Shown here one piece after another: positions 15,997-30,039 of a DNA stretch of 64,000 nucleotides. The notes below the pieces were generated by a model. The model saw only the letters and a list, made by a program, of their open reading frames with translations. It had not been told where the DNA came from and made no database searches. Made by a program: the position numbers and the translations under genes. Within the stretch, counting starts at the first letter, position 1. Each line of letters begins with the position of its first letter. The stretch is from Eledone cirrhosa (lineage: Eukaryota): assembly GCA_964016885.1 (NCBI GenBank), contig OZ024743.1, positions 278,008,001 to 278,072,000 on the forward strand. Reading direction: 5' to 3'.

Positions 15997-16230
15997 ACAA
16001 TCTTGATCGACCTCGTCATCATCAACATCGTCATCATCATAATCTATTCCTTTTTTTACACTTCATCATCACCAATGATACCTTCTTCGTCACCGGCGTA
16101 GTAGCAGCAGCAGCAGCAGCAATAACAATAGTAGTGTCATCATCATCACCATCACCATCATCATCCTCATCATCATCCTCATCATCATGATCAGCATCAT
16201 CGTCGTCGTCATCGTTTTATACTTTATTAC

Positions 16231-16511
16231 ATTTAATGATATTTTCCTCATCTCGTCATTCTCCCTTTTCCGGTTCAAACTGGACTGGCTGCCTACATAG
16301 AAATAGGCAAACCAGAAGATCAAAGAACCAGAGAAAGAGAGAAATAAATAAGGAAAGAAAGAAAGAGAGACAGAGAAAGAGGTGGAGGGAGGGAGATGTG
16401 GAGAGAAAGAAGAAAAAAGAGGAAAAAAGCCGAAAGATCCTCACCAAAGGATAAGTCTGGCAGCAAAACAAGACGCAAGAATACCATCCACAGAGTATTC
16501 GGCCGAAACAT
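16231..16511 (-). CDS. Candidate first two coding exons (16445-16511, 16231-16292) of a secreted or membrane protein
   Basis: MFRPNTLWMVFLRLVLLPDLSF, then G|gtgagg donor and ctatttctatgtag|G acceptor, joins in frame to GSQSSLNRKRENDEMRKISLN; signal-peptide-like. Confidence 0.35.
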
Positions 16512-16692
16512 GTCCGAACGGAACTTTCATATCTATCACGTGACTATCTGTCTGTGTAGTGTAGATCTCTTTTTTCTCTTGATGTTTCAAAGATTTTTAT
16601 TGCCAAACAGCCATCGATGTCCACTATGTGTGTGTGTGTGTGTGTATTTATATATATATATATATATATATACATACACACACACACATACA

Positions 16693-16724
<32 letters not shown>

Positions 16725-16921
16725 CGTATACACCCACACATACACACATATATATATATATATATATATATTTATGTCCACGTACATATATCACCTTACG
16801 TGTAAGTCTCTGTATCTCTGTGTGTTGTGCGTACGAATGAATATAGAAAGATCTTCTGAAGAACGATGGAGGCAAAATGAACTAGATCGGTGAGTACAAA
16901 GTTATCAGGCAACTATGTGTT

Positions 16922-16999
<78 letters not shown>

Positions 17000-17083
17000 A
17001 TAAATATATATATGTATATACGTCTCTATATATATTTATATATATATATTTATATATATATACATATATACATATATACACAC

Positions 17084-17209
<126 letters not shown>

Positions 17210-18135
17210 TTGCATACATACACACGCACACACACGCATACACACACACATATATATATATATGAAGTAAGATAGAAAGAAAGATATAGAGAGATGGAGT
17301 TGAGAGTAGTTGGGAAAAGTGTCAATGAAAGATAAAAGAATGAAAGGAAGAAGAAAACAAAGAGTACACTAAGAAAGTATACAAGGCAAAAGGGGAAAAG
17401 AAAGAAAAAAATCAAAAAAATACATAAAGAAGAAAAGAAGTAGTAGAGAAATCTCGGTGAGATCAAAGGTTTGTGACTTACATGATTACTCTTAGTTTTC
17501 GAAATATGAAGAATTTTATAATCCTTCGAGCGGAGAAAGGTTCATCCACAAATGGTTATCGTTCTATATATTTTTGTTATCAGAAAGAAATAAAGAAGAG
17601 ATAGCCGATATAGCAATATTTCGATTCATGCAGCATTACATGAGACTGTTCTTGGTTCGAATTGTGTTTGAGTTGATGTCGCATTTTATCGAATCGAATA
17701 AATTGCGTACAAGACGTATTGGAATAATCGAATGTTTAAATGCGCATATAGAACCTAATAAGGTAGCGAATATCTCGAGTCAATCAGGGCCGAATTTAAT
17801 GAGGTGTAAAAGTGGAAATTACCCCGAGCTCCCTGCAGTTGCACCACCGACGGTCATAGCAATTTATTTGTGCCCACAGCTGGAGTTTTTAGTTTTAGGA
17901 TGGTTACAATTTTAGAATCTAATACCTGTATGTATAACATTTCAATTCCAATTACTTGCACAAAGCTATCTTAGATATGTAGAATTGGGTGGAGGAGTGC
18001 TGAATATACTATTTTTTCTGTATGAGGGGCCCGCCCATATCTGAAGTGCCTCAGATCCCCCAAGGTCTAAATCCAAACCTGGAATCTATAGGGCCTCAAA
18101 TTATACAAGCCTCGTTATTTCTCCAGCACACTGCA

Positions 18136-18360
18136 CTCTGAGTTCAAATCCACCGAGGTCAAATATGCCTGTCATCATTTTGAGGGCGATAATTAATGTA
18201 TCTGCCCAGGAATGGATTGACATTTTTTTACCTTTTTATACGATCTAAGGCGGTGGCTTGACAACACTGTTAGAACATTCGATAACATTCTTTGCAACAT
18301 TCGTTCCGGCTTTGAGTTCTAATTCCGCTGAAGGCAACTTTGCCCTTCATCCATTCTGGG
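18136..18360 (+). mobile_element. Two tRNA-SINE fragments
   Basis: gagttcaaatcc B box and tttgcccttcatcc core. Confidence 0.65.
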
Positions 18361-18809
18361 TATATATATATGACGAACGAATACATACACACTCTCTCTC
18401 ACTTTCATACTTTCTGTCTCTCACACTTTCTCTCTCTTTCTCCCTTTGATTTTCTCACTGGAAGAAATAGGCGTTTTGTGCTGGAAAAGATTGGGCTTTG
18501 ACCTATGAAATAAAAACTGAGGCCATATGGATGGATATAACTGCAGTGTTACCGCAACTAGGCATAGTCATTCTGAATCTAAAGTGGTATATACTGTTTT
18601 TACATAGTGTTACACGGAAATCACTTGGAAAGACTGTTTCATAAATTCCCGTGAGCAGATTGTATTTGTTAAACAGGTAACATAGTCCAACATTTCGAAT
18701 ATTATATTTTTCGAACTGAATCTAAAAAAGAATGCATAGATTCGCTTTTCATAGCTCCTAGTAGCAACAACTTTATATTTTGTAGGTTCGAATGCCTACT
18801 TAACGTATG

Positions 18810-18920
18810 GTAAGTTGGCAGAGCCGTTAGAACGTCACATACAATGCTTTGTGTTATTTTCTTCGACTCTTTGCGATCTGAATTTTATTCTTGTCGAGTT
18901 CAATTTTACCTTTTACCTTT
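18810..18920 (+). mobile_element. tRNA-SINE fragment
   Basis: tggcagagccgttagaacgtc head matches 47165. Confidence 0.55.
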
Positions 18921-18942
18921 CTTTTTTTTTATGGCAGCGATA

Positions 18943-18994
<52 letters not shown>

Positions 18995-19069
18995 ACGTCC
19001 AGTTACTGCAGGTTCATCAGGGTGATCACTCGATGCATAGTATAAAGGTTAAGAAGTGTGTAATACTAA

Positions 19070-19145
19070 TAATAAAAAAGACGATTTGTTAGGTCTTCAT
19101 TATATTTATTGAGTAGTGACGCGCGTTTCGCTATTGTGCAGCTCA
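19070..19145 (-). mobile_element. Family D 3' fragment with half hammerhead
   Basis: Reverse complement: gct-gcacaat-agc GAAA cgcgcg TC actactc AATAAA; homologues at 59745-59868 and 61835-61890. Confidence 0.65.
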
Positions 19146-19198
19146 AAGTTCAACTGTATCGATCTGGCCCGACTCTGGAATCATAGGCTCGTCGGACT

Positions 19199-19230
<32 letters not shown>

Positions 19231-19248
19231 TATATATATATACAGAGA

Positions 19249-19308
<60 letters not shown>

Positions 19309-20181
19309 AAACCCTTTGTTTTGACGGAATTAATCCGGAATTAATTAGTAGGCCAGCAGAGCAGGCATTAAACTCAGGACGGAAAGATCTGGAATAACTA
19401 CTACCACTACACCGGCTTTTTATCGATTCTGGAGGTATAAAAGGCAAAGTTGGTCCCAGCAGAACACATATTCTCTAAATCTTGTACACTGTAGGACCAT
19501 AAAAGGGTACGTATGGAAAATTCCAGCATGCTACAACATTTCATAGATCTTTATTATTTTTTAAAATTCTATCGAAACTCATTGGTGATCAATGCGTTTA
19601 TGTTATTAATCTGTATAAAAATAGGAGGTAAGTTTAACGTAAGAATATATATATGTATAAGATAAGAAAATTACCTCTTGCTTGTTAATGTTAATAGTAA
19701 TTTTATCACTAATATTCAGAACTTAAAATTAATTAAAGAATAATAATTAAAATCCAAGACATTATCATTAAAACTTACTTTTCTTCTTTCTTAGCCAAAA
19801 CAGTAGTTTAAGTTCTGTAAAAGGGAGATTGAAGCAGAACGTGGGAAACGATGAATTTAAAAGTATATAGTTCGCTATACATTCGATAAAAAATATAATC
19901 GTAATTATGAAGTCATTATAGATAAAAAATAGTATTCATAAATATCCATTTATTACTAATTAATATATATTAATATGAAAGCGTTTAGGACTTTTATACT
20001 ATAATTAATTAGATCTACATTTCATTACGGCTACAGATCTAATTCTGATAACCCTCATGTTATCTAGTTATACGGTAAATTAAAAAGGTGCTTAATTTTC
20101 CATCCATTAAGTTGTTGGCTGAGAGAAATAAATTATATATATATATACACGCACGCACACACACACACACACGCACGCACG

Positions 20182-20253
<72 letters not shown>

Positions 20254-20479
20254 TACCAATATATACATGTGTGAGTGTGGGTATATGTATGTTTAGGAAA
20301 CTTTTGAAATTTCGTAAGTATTTCAGAGCGAATTGGAGAACCAACACAAGTTTCTCTGCACTCTTCTGATTTAGCTCTCCAGATAAAGGAATAACTATTT
20401 CCAACTGCTTCTAACTGACCACCAGGTTCCAGTGGAGTCTCTCAGAGAGCTACATTATATCGACCCAGTCCATTTGAAA

Positions 20480-21290
20480 CAAATGCAGTACGTTATTCAG
20501 GATCACATTCCCTCTTGTAATTCAGGAATGTTTGCACATTCCAACAGGAAATATTCATGTTCCAACCAGAGATTTTGTAATTTTCCTTTATTTTTCAAAC
20601 GCAAACTAGGCCTCCATCGTTTGCATTAAACTGACCAATACAGAACAAGTTTTGTTCCCCTATTATAGAAGCTCCTCGGTTTCCTTCTTTCCATAATAGG
20701 GCTTCCCAGACACCCAGGTAACATCTGGATGTCATTACCGTCTTAGACGATATGGAAACGATACTGTTTATAATATAGACTTCCTATATTAATGACAACA
20801 TGATTCTCACCCTTCTTGTCTACTCGTACAACCACATTCCCCATCGTCATAGGACTTTCAATATAATAAAATAAATGTCAGGTTCAATAACGTAATGTTT
20901 GTAATGTTTGTGCAGAAATATTTGATATGATGGAGAGACACGTCGAAGAAAGATGTCTGGTGCACAATGTTATAGGAGAGTCAGGATGTTTAGCACAAAG
21001 CAGAGATGCCCAAAACAGCAAATATTATTCTCTGCACAACGCGGTTTAGATAAGAGTTAACTTTTACTATAGATGGGCCTTTAAAAATGTGATGGGGTGT
21101 CCCACTTCCATTTGTCGTACAGCACACCAAACACTTATCCGGAATTTCAAAGGCCCCGTGCTATTGCTAGATAGTTGCTGGGTTTCTAGCAACCTCATGA
21201 TCATGCTAATTAGAATATAACCGTGAACGGTAAAGTAAATCCCAGTTCCCGATGACAAGCCAAAGTCCATATACAGAAAACAGTAATAAA
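20480..21290 (-). pseudogene. Decayed IS630-Tc1-mariner transposase
   Basis: Minus ORF with F.VHG...ISVWCAV...HPITF resembles the FSDEA.F.L.G...VWCA...GPYFF motif; broken frames. Confidence 0.5.
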
Positions 21291-21545
21291 CAAAAATTGA
21301 AGCAAACACATTAATTTGCATATATTTGTTTATATAAAAATATATATATATGTATATATGTAGATAAATCTACCAAAATATACAGTAGTGTCCAATCCGA
21401 AGAACTCAATGTAATCCCACTGTAGAAGATATCATAAAAAGAGAAGATGCATTCAAAAATTTACGATAAAAGTCATAGGAAAACAGAGTCGAGATAAATT
21501 AATAAAAACAATGAAATAAAAACAAAGAACTTATATCAAAAAATT

Positions 21546-21680
21546 CATCATTTTACGATTATTTCTGGGATGTATATGTGTGTTGGTATGTATATCATGT
21601 TTAAGATCTATGTAAACATTACAAATTATCAGAGAAAATATACATACCTTCACATATACATGCTGTCCTCAGAAGTGATG
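21546..21680 (-). ncRNA. Hammerhead with very long stem II (family H), canonical C3-G8 core
   Basis: catcactt CTGAGGA cagcatgtatatgtg...cacatatacatccca GAAA taatcg TA aaatgatg. Confidence 0.75.
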
Positions 21681-21842
21681 AGATTTGTTTAGTGAAAAAA
21701 AACAAAGAATTGATATAAAGAAACTGTTTAATAACATCAAATTTTCGTGTACACTTCAGTATCTTCTTGACTTGACCTCATTTTCTCGACCCCATTGTAT
21801 TCTTTTCATTCAAAGCATTAATCTGCACTCCTCCACTCCTAG

Positions 21843-22546
21843 ATTTAATTTCTACTACTGTTATTCTATCAACTTGACCTCTAAATCATTTCTATTGGTC
21901 AATTCAAAACCTGTTCCCAAACAGACTCTTTATATCAATTCTTTGTTTTTTTCAATAAACACATCTCATCATTTCCGAGGACGGCATGTATATGTGAAGG
22001 TATGTATATTTTCTCTGATAATTTGTAATATGTTTACATAGATCTTAAACATGATATACATACCAACACACATATACATCCCAGAAACCATCGTAAAATG
22101 ATGAATTTTTTTGATATAAGGAACTTATTCTTTGCTTTTATTTCATTGTTTTTATTAATTTAATTTAGACGTATATATGTATATATACTTGTGTGTGTGT
22201 GTGTGTGAGCAAGTATATATATAAATTAAATTAATAAAAACAATGAAATAAAAGCAAAGAACAAGTTCCTTATATCAAAAAAATTCATCATTTTACGATG
22301 GTTTCTGGGATGTATATTTGTGTTGGTATGTATATCATGTTTAAGATCTATGTAAAAATATTACAAATTATCAGAGAAAATATACATACCTTCACATATA
22401 CATGCCGTCCTCGGAAATGATGAGATGTGTTTATTGAAAAAAACAAAGAATTGATATAAAGAGTCTGTTTGGGAACAGGTTTTGAATTGACCAATAGAAA
22501 TGATTTAGAGGTCAAGTTGATAGAATAACAGTAGTAGAAATTAAAT
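21843..22546. repeat. ~325-bp-arm inverted repeat of family H with microsatellite spacer
   Basis: 21843-22167 is the near-perfect reverse complement of 22222-22546. Confidence 0.92.
21967..22103 (+). ncRNA. Family H hammerhead (CCGAGGA core variant)
   Basis: catcattt CCGAGGA ...long stem II... GAAA ccatcg TA aaatgatg; 8-bp stem I; mirror copy at 22286-22422 (-). Confidence 0.7.
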
Positions 22547-22750
22547 ATATATAGTATAAATAAAGATCCACACACTTCTAACCTAGCCCCTCATAGGACA
22601 CAGAAAAAATACGAAAAAGGAAATTGAACTTCGAAACTAATGGTCACACATACATGTTAAGTGTATGAAACCTTATTTAACATTAATAAGCTTTCTTGCA
22701 ATAGATTGGGCATTGCTTTCCTTGTCCTATTATCTACGGATATCCTACAT

Positions 22751-22923
22751 AACAAAGGGGGTCTGGTAACATTCCAGATGGACCATAACGCTCCAGAATA
22801 CTCAATACTTAGGGTAGTAGAGTGGGTAATAGCGAAAGAGTCAGGACTCCGACGGCTGAGCTCCGGCCGTTTCGACATCTAGATCCGAACTGTTCAGATC
22901 TAGCCGTCGGGGTCCTGACTCTC
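22751..22923. mobile_element. Family A copy
   Basis: Matches 4120-4313; hairpin partly deleted. Confidence 0.85.
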
Positions 22924-23278
22924 TCCCCCCCTCTCTCTGTATATATATATATTTATATATCATGGAGTTATCATTTAAACTGAAGAATCTCATTTTAATG
23001 GTATAACTATATAATTTTGTTTTCAGTTACGATATTTATGTGATATTTGGAGGTGTTGTTGTTCTTGCGGAAATTAATTACTCCTACATATTTGTAAAAG
23101 CTGAGGATACCAATTAATGTTATATTAAGATGTTATATTAAGTGTTAAAAGTAAATTTTTCGAATTAATGTCCAGATCATAATTTAGAGACATATCTTAA
23201 TCGAATTTCATGCCAGATTCTATTTTGAGACATCTCCTGTTGAAACCTGTGAAAGACAAATAAATTGTCTTAAATTTC

Positions 23279-23334
<56 letters not shown>

Positions 23335-23376
23335 TAAATATATGTATGTATGTGTATATATATATGTATGTATATG

Positions 23377-25122
23377 TTCTTCTGGTTTTATAATTTAACA
23401 AATTTTTACCAATAGAGAGAGAGTCGGTTTCTAACATAGACACAAGACTTTCTCATTGGAATTTACACATCAACTAGGTAGATAGGTATGCATGTGTAGA
23501 TATGGATGTTATTGTATGTGTGGATGTGGATGTTTTGAGTTGTATGTGTGAATGTGTATATACTTTGTATCTGTACATATGTATATGCAGTTATTAGATG
23601 CAACATTTTTGGAATGTTTTACATATTTTTAAGTTCCATTAATGGATTGTACTTGTAATTTCCTAACTAGTTGTGTTCTTTCTGTTCCTGTGAAGCCTAG
23701 CTTCTCAAGATTTGTATTGAGGCAGTTACTAACATATCCCAGTGCCCCTATAATCACAGGCATAAATCTGAAGGTGTAATAAGGGTGGAGTATCTGCAGA
23801 TTTCTCATCAGTTCTGCATAAATATTCTCCTTTTCGCTAATCTTTGATATTATATTGGCATCTGCTGAGCAGCTAATTTCCACTACTGTGCATGCTTTCT
23901 TCTCCCTGTCCCATATCATAAGATCTGGTCTGTTATGCCTGCATTTTATTGGGGTTTTTACTGGAACATTCCCCCAGTACTCTTTCATATTATGTACATG
24001 GATGTCTTCCACATTGCTGTAGCTTTTAATGTGTTTATTATCGGGGTTATCATTTTTAAGAACTGCATTGTACAGTGTTTTGGCCACTACATCAGTCCTC
24101 ATTGGTAGATAGTATCGTGATGACATCTTTGGACAGCTGCTGATGACATGGGTGATATTCGCGATGTTAGTTCTGCAGAGTCTGCACTTGTTATCACATC
24201 TAGGCGTTTTGCCTGCATCCATATCTCGTTTGTGAATCAGGTATTTCGTGTTAATCTCCTGTTCTTGGATTGCAAAAGCGTATCCTTCCCAACTCTCATG
24301 ATCTTATCTGTTTCATGCAGATAGACTTGTTCGAGAGACGGGCTCCTACACTTTGAGGTTCGTAGATGTTGTGGGAGAGATATGATGCGACGTGCAAATT
24401 CTGTCTGGATTGATGTTAGGCCTCTGCCTCCATGCTTACGTTTCAAGTAAAGGCGGTCTATGTCTGTTGATGTGGAATTTTCCGGTGTTGTTTAGTATTT
24501 TTCGTGTTCCAACATCAACTACTCGGATTTCGTCTATCGTCCAATTGAGTATTCCAAACGTTGGTGTTAGGACAGGCACAGCAAACACATTGGGAGCCAC
24601 TGATTTGTTTTGCGCAGAGAGTTCCGATGACCAAATCTTTCTTAATCGGGTGTAGTATTCCCTGGTTACGCGGTCCTTATTACAGATACCATTATAGGAT
24701 ATGTTCTCATCTATCCCCAGGTATCTGTAGCAGTCCTCATCTGATATCGGTGAAACGGTTAGGCCATTGATGACAATGTTGCTAGATGTGGTTGTTTTTT
24801 TCCCCCGCTTTACAGTCATGTATGAGCATTTATCTTGGCCAAACTCCATTCCTATATACTTTGAGAAAGTTGTAACCAGGTCAACATTTTTCTTCATCCC
24901 ATCCGTGTTCTTGGCATAAAGTTTCAGATCATCCACAAATAAATTATGGGTTAAGTTCGTATTTCCGTCCTCCTGTGAGCCAATGATCTATCCATCACAT
25001 TTCTTGAGCAGAAAGGACAAGGGGTTTAATGACAAGATGAATAATATCCAAGGGAGACTGTCCCCCTGAAATATACCCCTGCGATAATTTATTATATCAG
25101 TGAATATAGAGTCCTCCCTCTT
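23377..25122 (-). mobile_element. 5'-truncated R4/Dong-clade non-LTR retrotransposon (RT + CCHC + restriction-like endonuclease), frameshifted
   Basis: RGIFQGDS and DDLKLY RT motifs; CRLC..H....C knuckle; RPDL..E..EK endonuclease motif. Confidence 0.9.
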
Positions 25123-25317
25123 TATGTATGAATGTATGTATTATATATAGGTATGTATGTGTATGTGCCTGGGATCGACGCAGATTCCGACGAAGAGTGT
25201 TTCGGTCTTTCGAGCAATGGAACAATCTGCTCCTGAAATTAACTTGCAATGCCTGAGAATTCCACAGATATGTAATGTTAGTTTAGTTCTCAAAGATATA
25301 AAGTCTGATACAGTGTG

Positions 25318-25455
25318 TGAAAGGTTGGCAATTTGTCTTACCGGTACAGCTTATTTTTGCCAACTCAACGGACGGGAACAACCCGAAATGAAGTGTCTTA
25401 CTTGAGGTCACAATATTTCATCTGGAATTGAACTAATGACCTCATGATAGGGAAC
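25318..25455 (-). mobile_element. CORE-type SINE fragment
   Basis: aagtgtcttacttgaggtcacaa...ggaattgaact is the reverse of the core and B box. Confidence 0.6.
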
Positions 25456-25470
25456 TAAGGACTGTACCTT

Positions 25471-25531
25471 GTAAATAAGGCATACCTCCTTCTCATACAC
25501 AGACTCGCATCCAGTCACTCACACACACATG

Positions 25532-25571
<40 letters not shown>

Positions 25572-25634
25572 CACATGTGTGTGTGAGTGACTGGATGCGA
25601 GTCTGTGTATGAGAAGGAGGTATGCCTTATTTAC
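25471..25634. repeat. Inverted repeat with (TA)n spacer
   Basis: gtaaataaggcatacctcc.../...ggaggtatgccttatttac; partial third copy follows. Confidence 0.9.
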
Positions 25635-25658
25635 TACACAGACACGCATCCAGTCACT

Positions 25659-25712
<54 letters not shown>

Positions 25713-25834
25713 TTCTATTTAAATTGTTGGGATACAACAAGCAAATATTTTATAACTGATATAAAGCACTCAACAAATATTGGGAGTAAAAATACGGTAT
25801 TAACAAATGGAAACTATATTTATAAAACCATATT

Positions 25835-25899
25835 TATTTCATTATACATATTTCAAGGACACCAAGTTAACTTATGGTGTGCTTTCATCAGATAAAATA
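25835..25899 (-). ncRNA. Hammerhead ribozyme (family C)
   Basis: tattttat CTGATGA aagcacacca-taagttaact-tggtgtcctt GAAA tatgta TA atgaaata. Confidence 0.8.
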
Positions 25900-25933
25900 T
25901 AATATAGATCAGTTTTATAAATAAATATTGACA

Positions 25934-26089
25934 TAGTACAGCGTTCCTTTGTTAGTGTTGTAAAAATGAGAAACGATGGTTGCTAGACATTGTACGGCTT
26001 AATTCGTGATGTTTGTTTACAAACAGACCGTGCATTATAATAAATGGTCGCTGAATCCATATGTACATATATATATATGTGTGTGTATG

Positions 26090-26151
<62 letters not shown>

Positions 26152-26258
26152 CTACTGTACGTCTGTATACATATATGTATATACGTATATATACTTATAT
26201 TTAAGTAACAGCCTTACTAAGAGTGAGAAATGAAATTTCGTTTCATTTTTTCCGTTTA
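25934..26258 (+). mobile_element. Family B copy starting at HHR stem III
   Basis: tagta-cagcgttcc...gagtgagaaatgaaatttcgtttc then (TA)n. Confidence 0.8.
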
Positions 26259-26374
26259 TATATATATATATATACTTATCAGCTTCTAGAATAACAATTG
26301 TTCCGTTAGTTATTCCTGTTCATTATAAATACCAATATGGCAAAAACAACAACAAAACAAAAAACGATGGTGCC

Positions 26375-26564
26375 TTCAATATGGTGCCTTCCGTTCTTGG
26401 TCAAGACTTTAAGGTGTGATTCGAAAGAAATTTTGCTGTCATTTCTAGCAGGTTGAAAGACCATTATACGAGGGCGGCTGAAAAGTTCATATGTTGAAAA
26501 GTTGATATGCTGACCAAGTTACTCTCAGGGAATGACCAAATGAAGCTTATTTTTCAACATATTC
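26375..26564. repeat. 190-bp direct duplication of 26843-27032
   Basis: Same sequence, including the MITE left end. Confidence 0.9.
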
Positions 26565-26934
26565 AGATAATAACGTTTATTTAAATATCGTATGGTGCTT
26601 GGCTTTGCTTAGGCCTAATACCAGCTGCGATACAGTAGACATTTCATCATAAAAAATATTTCGGATGTGAAAATCTTGTTTTTCAATCAGACAGTGTATA
26701 AAGAACTACATTATTCACTATGTTCTGTCGACTTATTTCTGTCAGTAGAGTGCGATTTCAAAGAAATCTAGCAACGGGTAAATTCTGATTCAACAGACAT
26801 TTGATTAAAGACTTTTGTTTTAGACACAATGTATCGGTTCCATTCAATATGGTGCCTTCCGTTCTTGGTCAAGACTTTAAGGTGTGATTCGAAAGAAATT
26901 TTGCTGTCATTTCTAGCAGGTTGAAAGACCATTA

Positions 26935-27153
26935 TACGAGGGCGGCTGAAAAGTTCATATGTTGAAAAGTTGATATGCTGACCAAGTTACTCTCAGGGAA
27001 TGACCAAATGAAGCTTATTTTTCAACATATTCCCTGGAAAAGAACAATGCAGTTATTAATAAGAAGCATTGAAATTAATACATGCAACATTTCACAGCTC
27101 TAGCATCTCTCTCTCTCATAGTCAGCTTATGAACTTTTCAGATGACCTTCATA
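26935..27153. mobile_element. Mariner-type MITE
   Basis: TIRs tacgagggcggctgaaaagttcata / tatgaacttttcagatgaccttcata with TA ends. Confidence 0.8.
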
Positions 27154-27531
27154 GCTCAACACAAAATACATCGTTTCTTGTTAAGAAAAACTGAAACCAT
27201 AGCCGAAGCACGAAAAGTAATGAGTTATATTTTCTCAGATACGCAACATATTCGTGAACAATGGGCCGACATAAAAGATGACCATTTCTGATATTAACTC
27301 TGCATATACATTTCTGATATTAACTCTGCATGTACATTTCTGATATTAACTCTGTATGTATGGACGTGTAACACCAGAGGGTGTCGCACGGGTACCTTAT
27401 TAACATGTGGCGTTTCTAGGGCATTTTAAAATCTGGCGGAGCCCTCCTCTGGTCTAATTACAGTAGATTTCTTTCAGGGAAGTATAGAGTGGGGGAGAAA
27501 TAAAGTGAGACAGAGATATATAGGAAGAATA

Positions 27532-27690
27532 GACCCTAGTACTAGATTGGTACTTTTTTTATCGACCTTAAATGGATGAAAGACAAAGTTGACCTCGGCG
27601 GGATTTGAATTCGGAGAGCAGAAAGTCTCGGAACGAATACTGCAAAGCATTCTATCCGACGTTCTAACGACTCTGCTAATTCGCTGCCTG
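27532..27690 (-). mobile_element. tRNA-derived SINE
   Basis: atcgacc..ggatgaaagacaaagttgacctcggcgggatttgaa. Confidence 0.75.
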
Positions 27691-28359
27691 ACATAACTAT
27701 AACTTTTGTTTAATACTTTGAGTGCAATTTAAAAGACATTTAGCTGCTATTTCAAGCGAACCTGTATCAGCTCTCTAGGTTTTGCCATGTAAAATATGTT
27801 TACCCTCCATATAATATCACATATTTTCTCATTTATACAGAGGAATTATTAAGTCTCGAAGAACACACACCATCATTTTTAAATTCGTAGCATAATCTAC
27901 GATTTCTATGGTTGTTTTGATGGCATGTGATTGTTGTTGCTATTATTATTTCAGATGGTGTAATGCTTGTTGCTGCCGCTGTTGGGGTTGCGGTTATTTT
28001 TGGAGATGTTGTTGTTGTTATTTTTGTTACTATTGTGTATCAGGAATATGACATAGTGATAACAAATCCCGTGCCAATGAGATGGGAGAGGGGAAAAATG
28101 ACGTGGATGTTTCTCTGTAACCCCCCACGCTTTTAGTAAGCTATATCTATAATAGCCTCTTAATATGTCACCTTTGAGGCATGTAATAATAATAATAATA
28201 ATAATAATAATATTATGATGATGATGGTGAAGATGATGATTATCGTCATCGTCATCATTATTATTATTAATGATAATATTATTTTTTTGTTCTTGTTGTT
28301 GTTGCTGTTTTTTTAGTACTATTAACAATAATACGATTATGAGAGTTATTATGGTGGCG

Positions 28360-28474
28360 TTGTTGTTGATGATGATGATGGTAATGATGCGGATGATGAT
28401 GATGGTAATGATGCGGATGATGATGATGATGACGACGACGTTGGTGATGATGAGGATGGTAATGATGATGATGG

Positions 28475-28524
<50 letters not shown>

Positions 28525-28760
28525 ATGACGATGATGATGATGACGATGTTGGTGATGATGATAGTAATGATGATGGTGACAACGATGTTGATGATGATGA
28601 TGATGGTAATGATGATGATGACGAAGACAACGATGACGGCGACGACGATGATGATGACGATGATGATGATGACGATGATGATGATGACGATGATGACGAT
28701 GGCGATGATGATGATGATGATGATGACAATAAAGTGGATGACAGTGATGATGGTGATGAC
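28360..28760. repeat. Degenerate (GAT)n microsatellite
   Basis: Direct reading; explains the poly-M/H/S ORFs. Confidence 0.95.
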
Positions 28761-28833
28761 ATTGACATCTGAACTTTTTGTTCAGCTGACATATGGAGAT
28801 GTATAAACATTCCTGGCAGTCTGCAACACTTAC

Positions 28834-28917
28834 CATCAACAAACGACTGGCAATGAAGACACAAACCAGGTGGAACCGAATTTCACATGGACAGATGATG
28901 GTGGTCTCACAAGTATG
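28834..28917 (-). other. Candidate 84-bp exon
   Basis: ttttgtgttatag|cat...ttgatg|gtaagt; open in phase 0 (HTCETTIICPCEIRFHLVCVFIASRLLM). Confidence 0.3.
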
Positions 28918-28973
28918 CTATAACACAAAAGCGTGCACACACACGCACACACATACACACACACACGCACACG

Positions 28974-29033
<60 letters not shown>

Positions 29034-29704
29034 AACACAAACACAAACACACATACACACATATACACACACACATACACACACACACATACACATACAC
29101 ACACATACACACACATACACACACATACACACACATATACACACACACACACATACACACACATACACACACATACACACATACACACACACTTACACAC
29201 ACATACACACATACACACTTACACACTTACACACATACACAAACACACACGCATACACACAGACACAGACATACACACACATACACATACACCTACACAC
29301 ACATACACACACACACACATACACACACACATACATACACACACATACACATACATACACACATACCCACTTACACACATACACGCAGACTTATACACAC
29401 ACATACACACATACACACATGCACACACATACACACACATACACGCAAACATACACACATATATACACGCATAGACATACACACAAACACATACACACAC
29501 AAACATACACACACATACACGCGCACAAACACAAACTCATACGACTCACACATGTATTTACATATATAGACACAAGCATATCCACATAGAGATAACACAC
29601 ATGTATATCTGTCAGACTACCTTTCTATTTATCAAAAAAAAAAAAATAAAGGCGCTCTGTGCCAGCTTTATTGTGATTTGTAGATTCATTTGATATGTAT
29701 AGAT

Positions 29705-29847
<143 letters not shown>

Positions 29848-29974
29848 AAAGTTCTATTTAAATTGTTGGGATACAACAAGCAAATATTTTTATAACTGAT
29901 ATAAAGCACTCGACAAGTATTTGGAGTAGATATACGATATTAACAAATGGAAACTATATTTATAAAACCATATT

Positions 29975-30039
29975 TATTTCATTATACATATTTCAAGGAT
30001 ACCAAGTTAAATTATGGTATGCCTTCATCAGACAAAATA
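29975..30039 (-). ncRNA. Hammerhead ribozyme (family C)
   Basis: Mirror of 30203-30267. Confidence 0.82.

Noticed and set aside
16497-16520. ggccGAAAcatgTC half-hammerhead
   Set aside because: No upstream core; overlaps the candidate start codon
17574-17915. 113-aa non-repetitive ORF
   Set aside because: Non-ATG start, no recognisable motif or splice support
28270-28864. Poly-Met/His/Ser ORFs
   Set aside because: Degenerate (GAT)n open in several frames; no coding evidence
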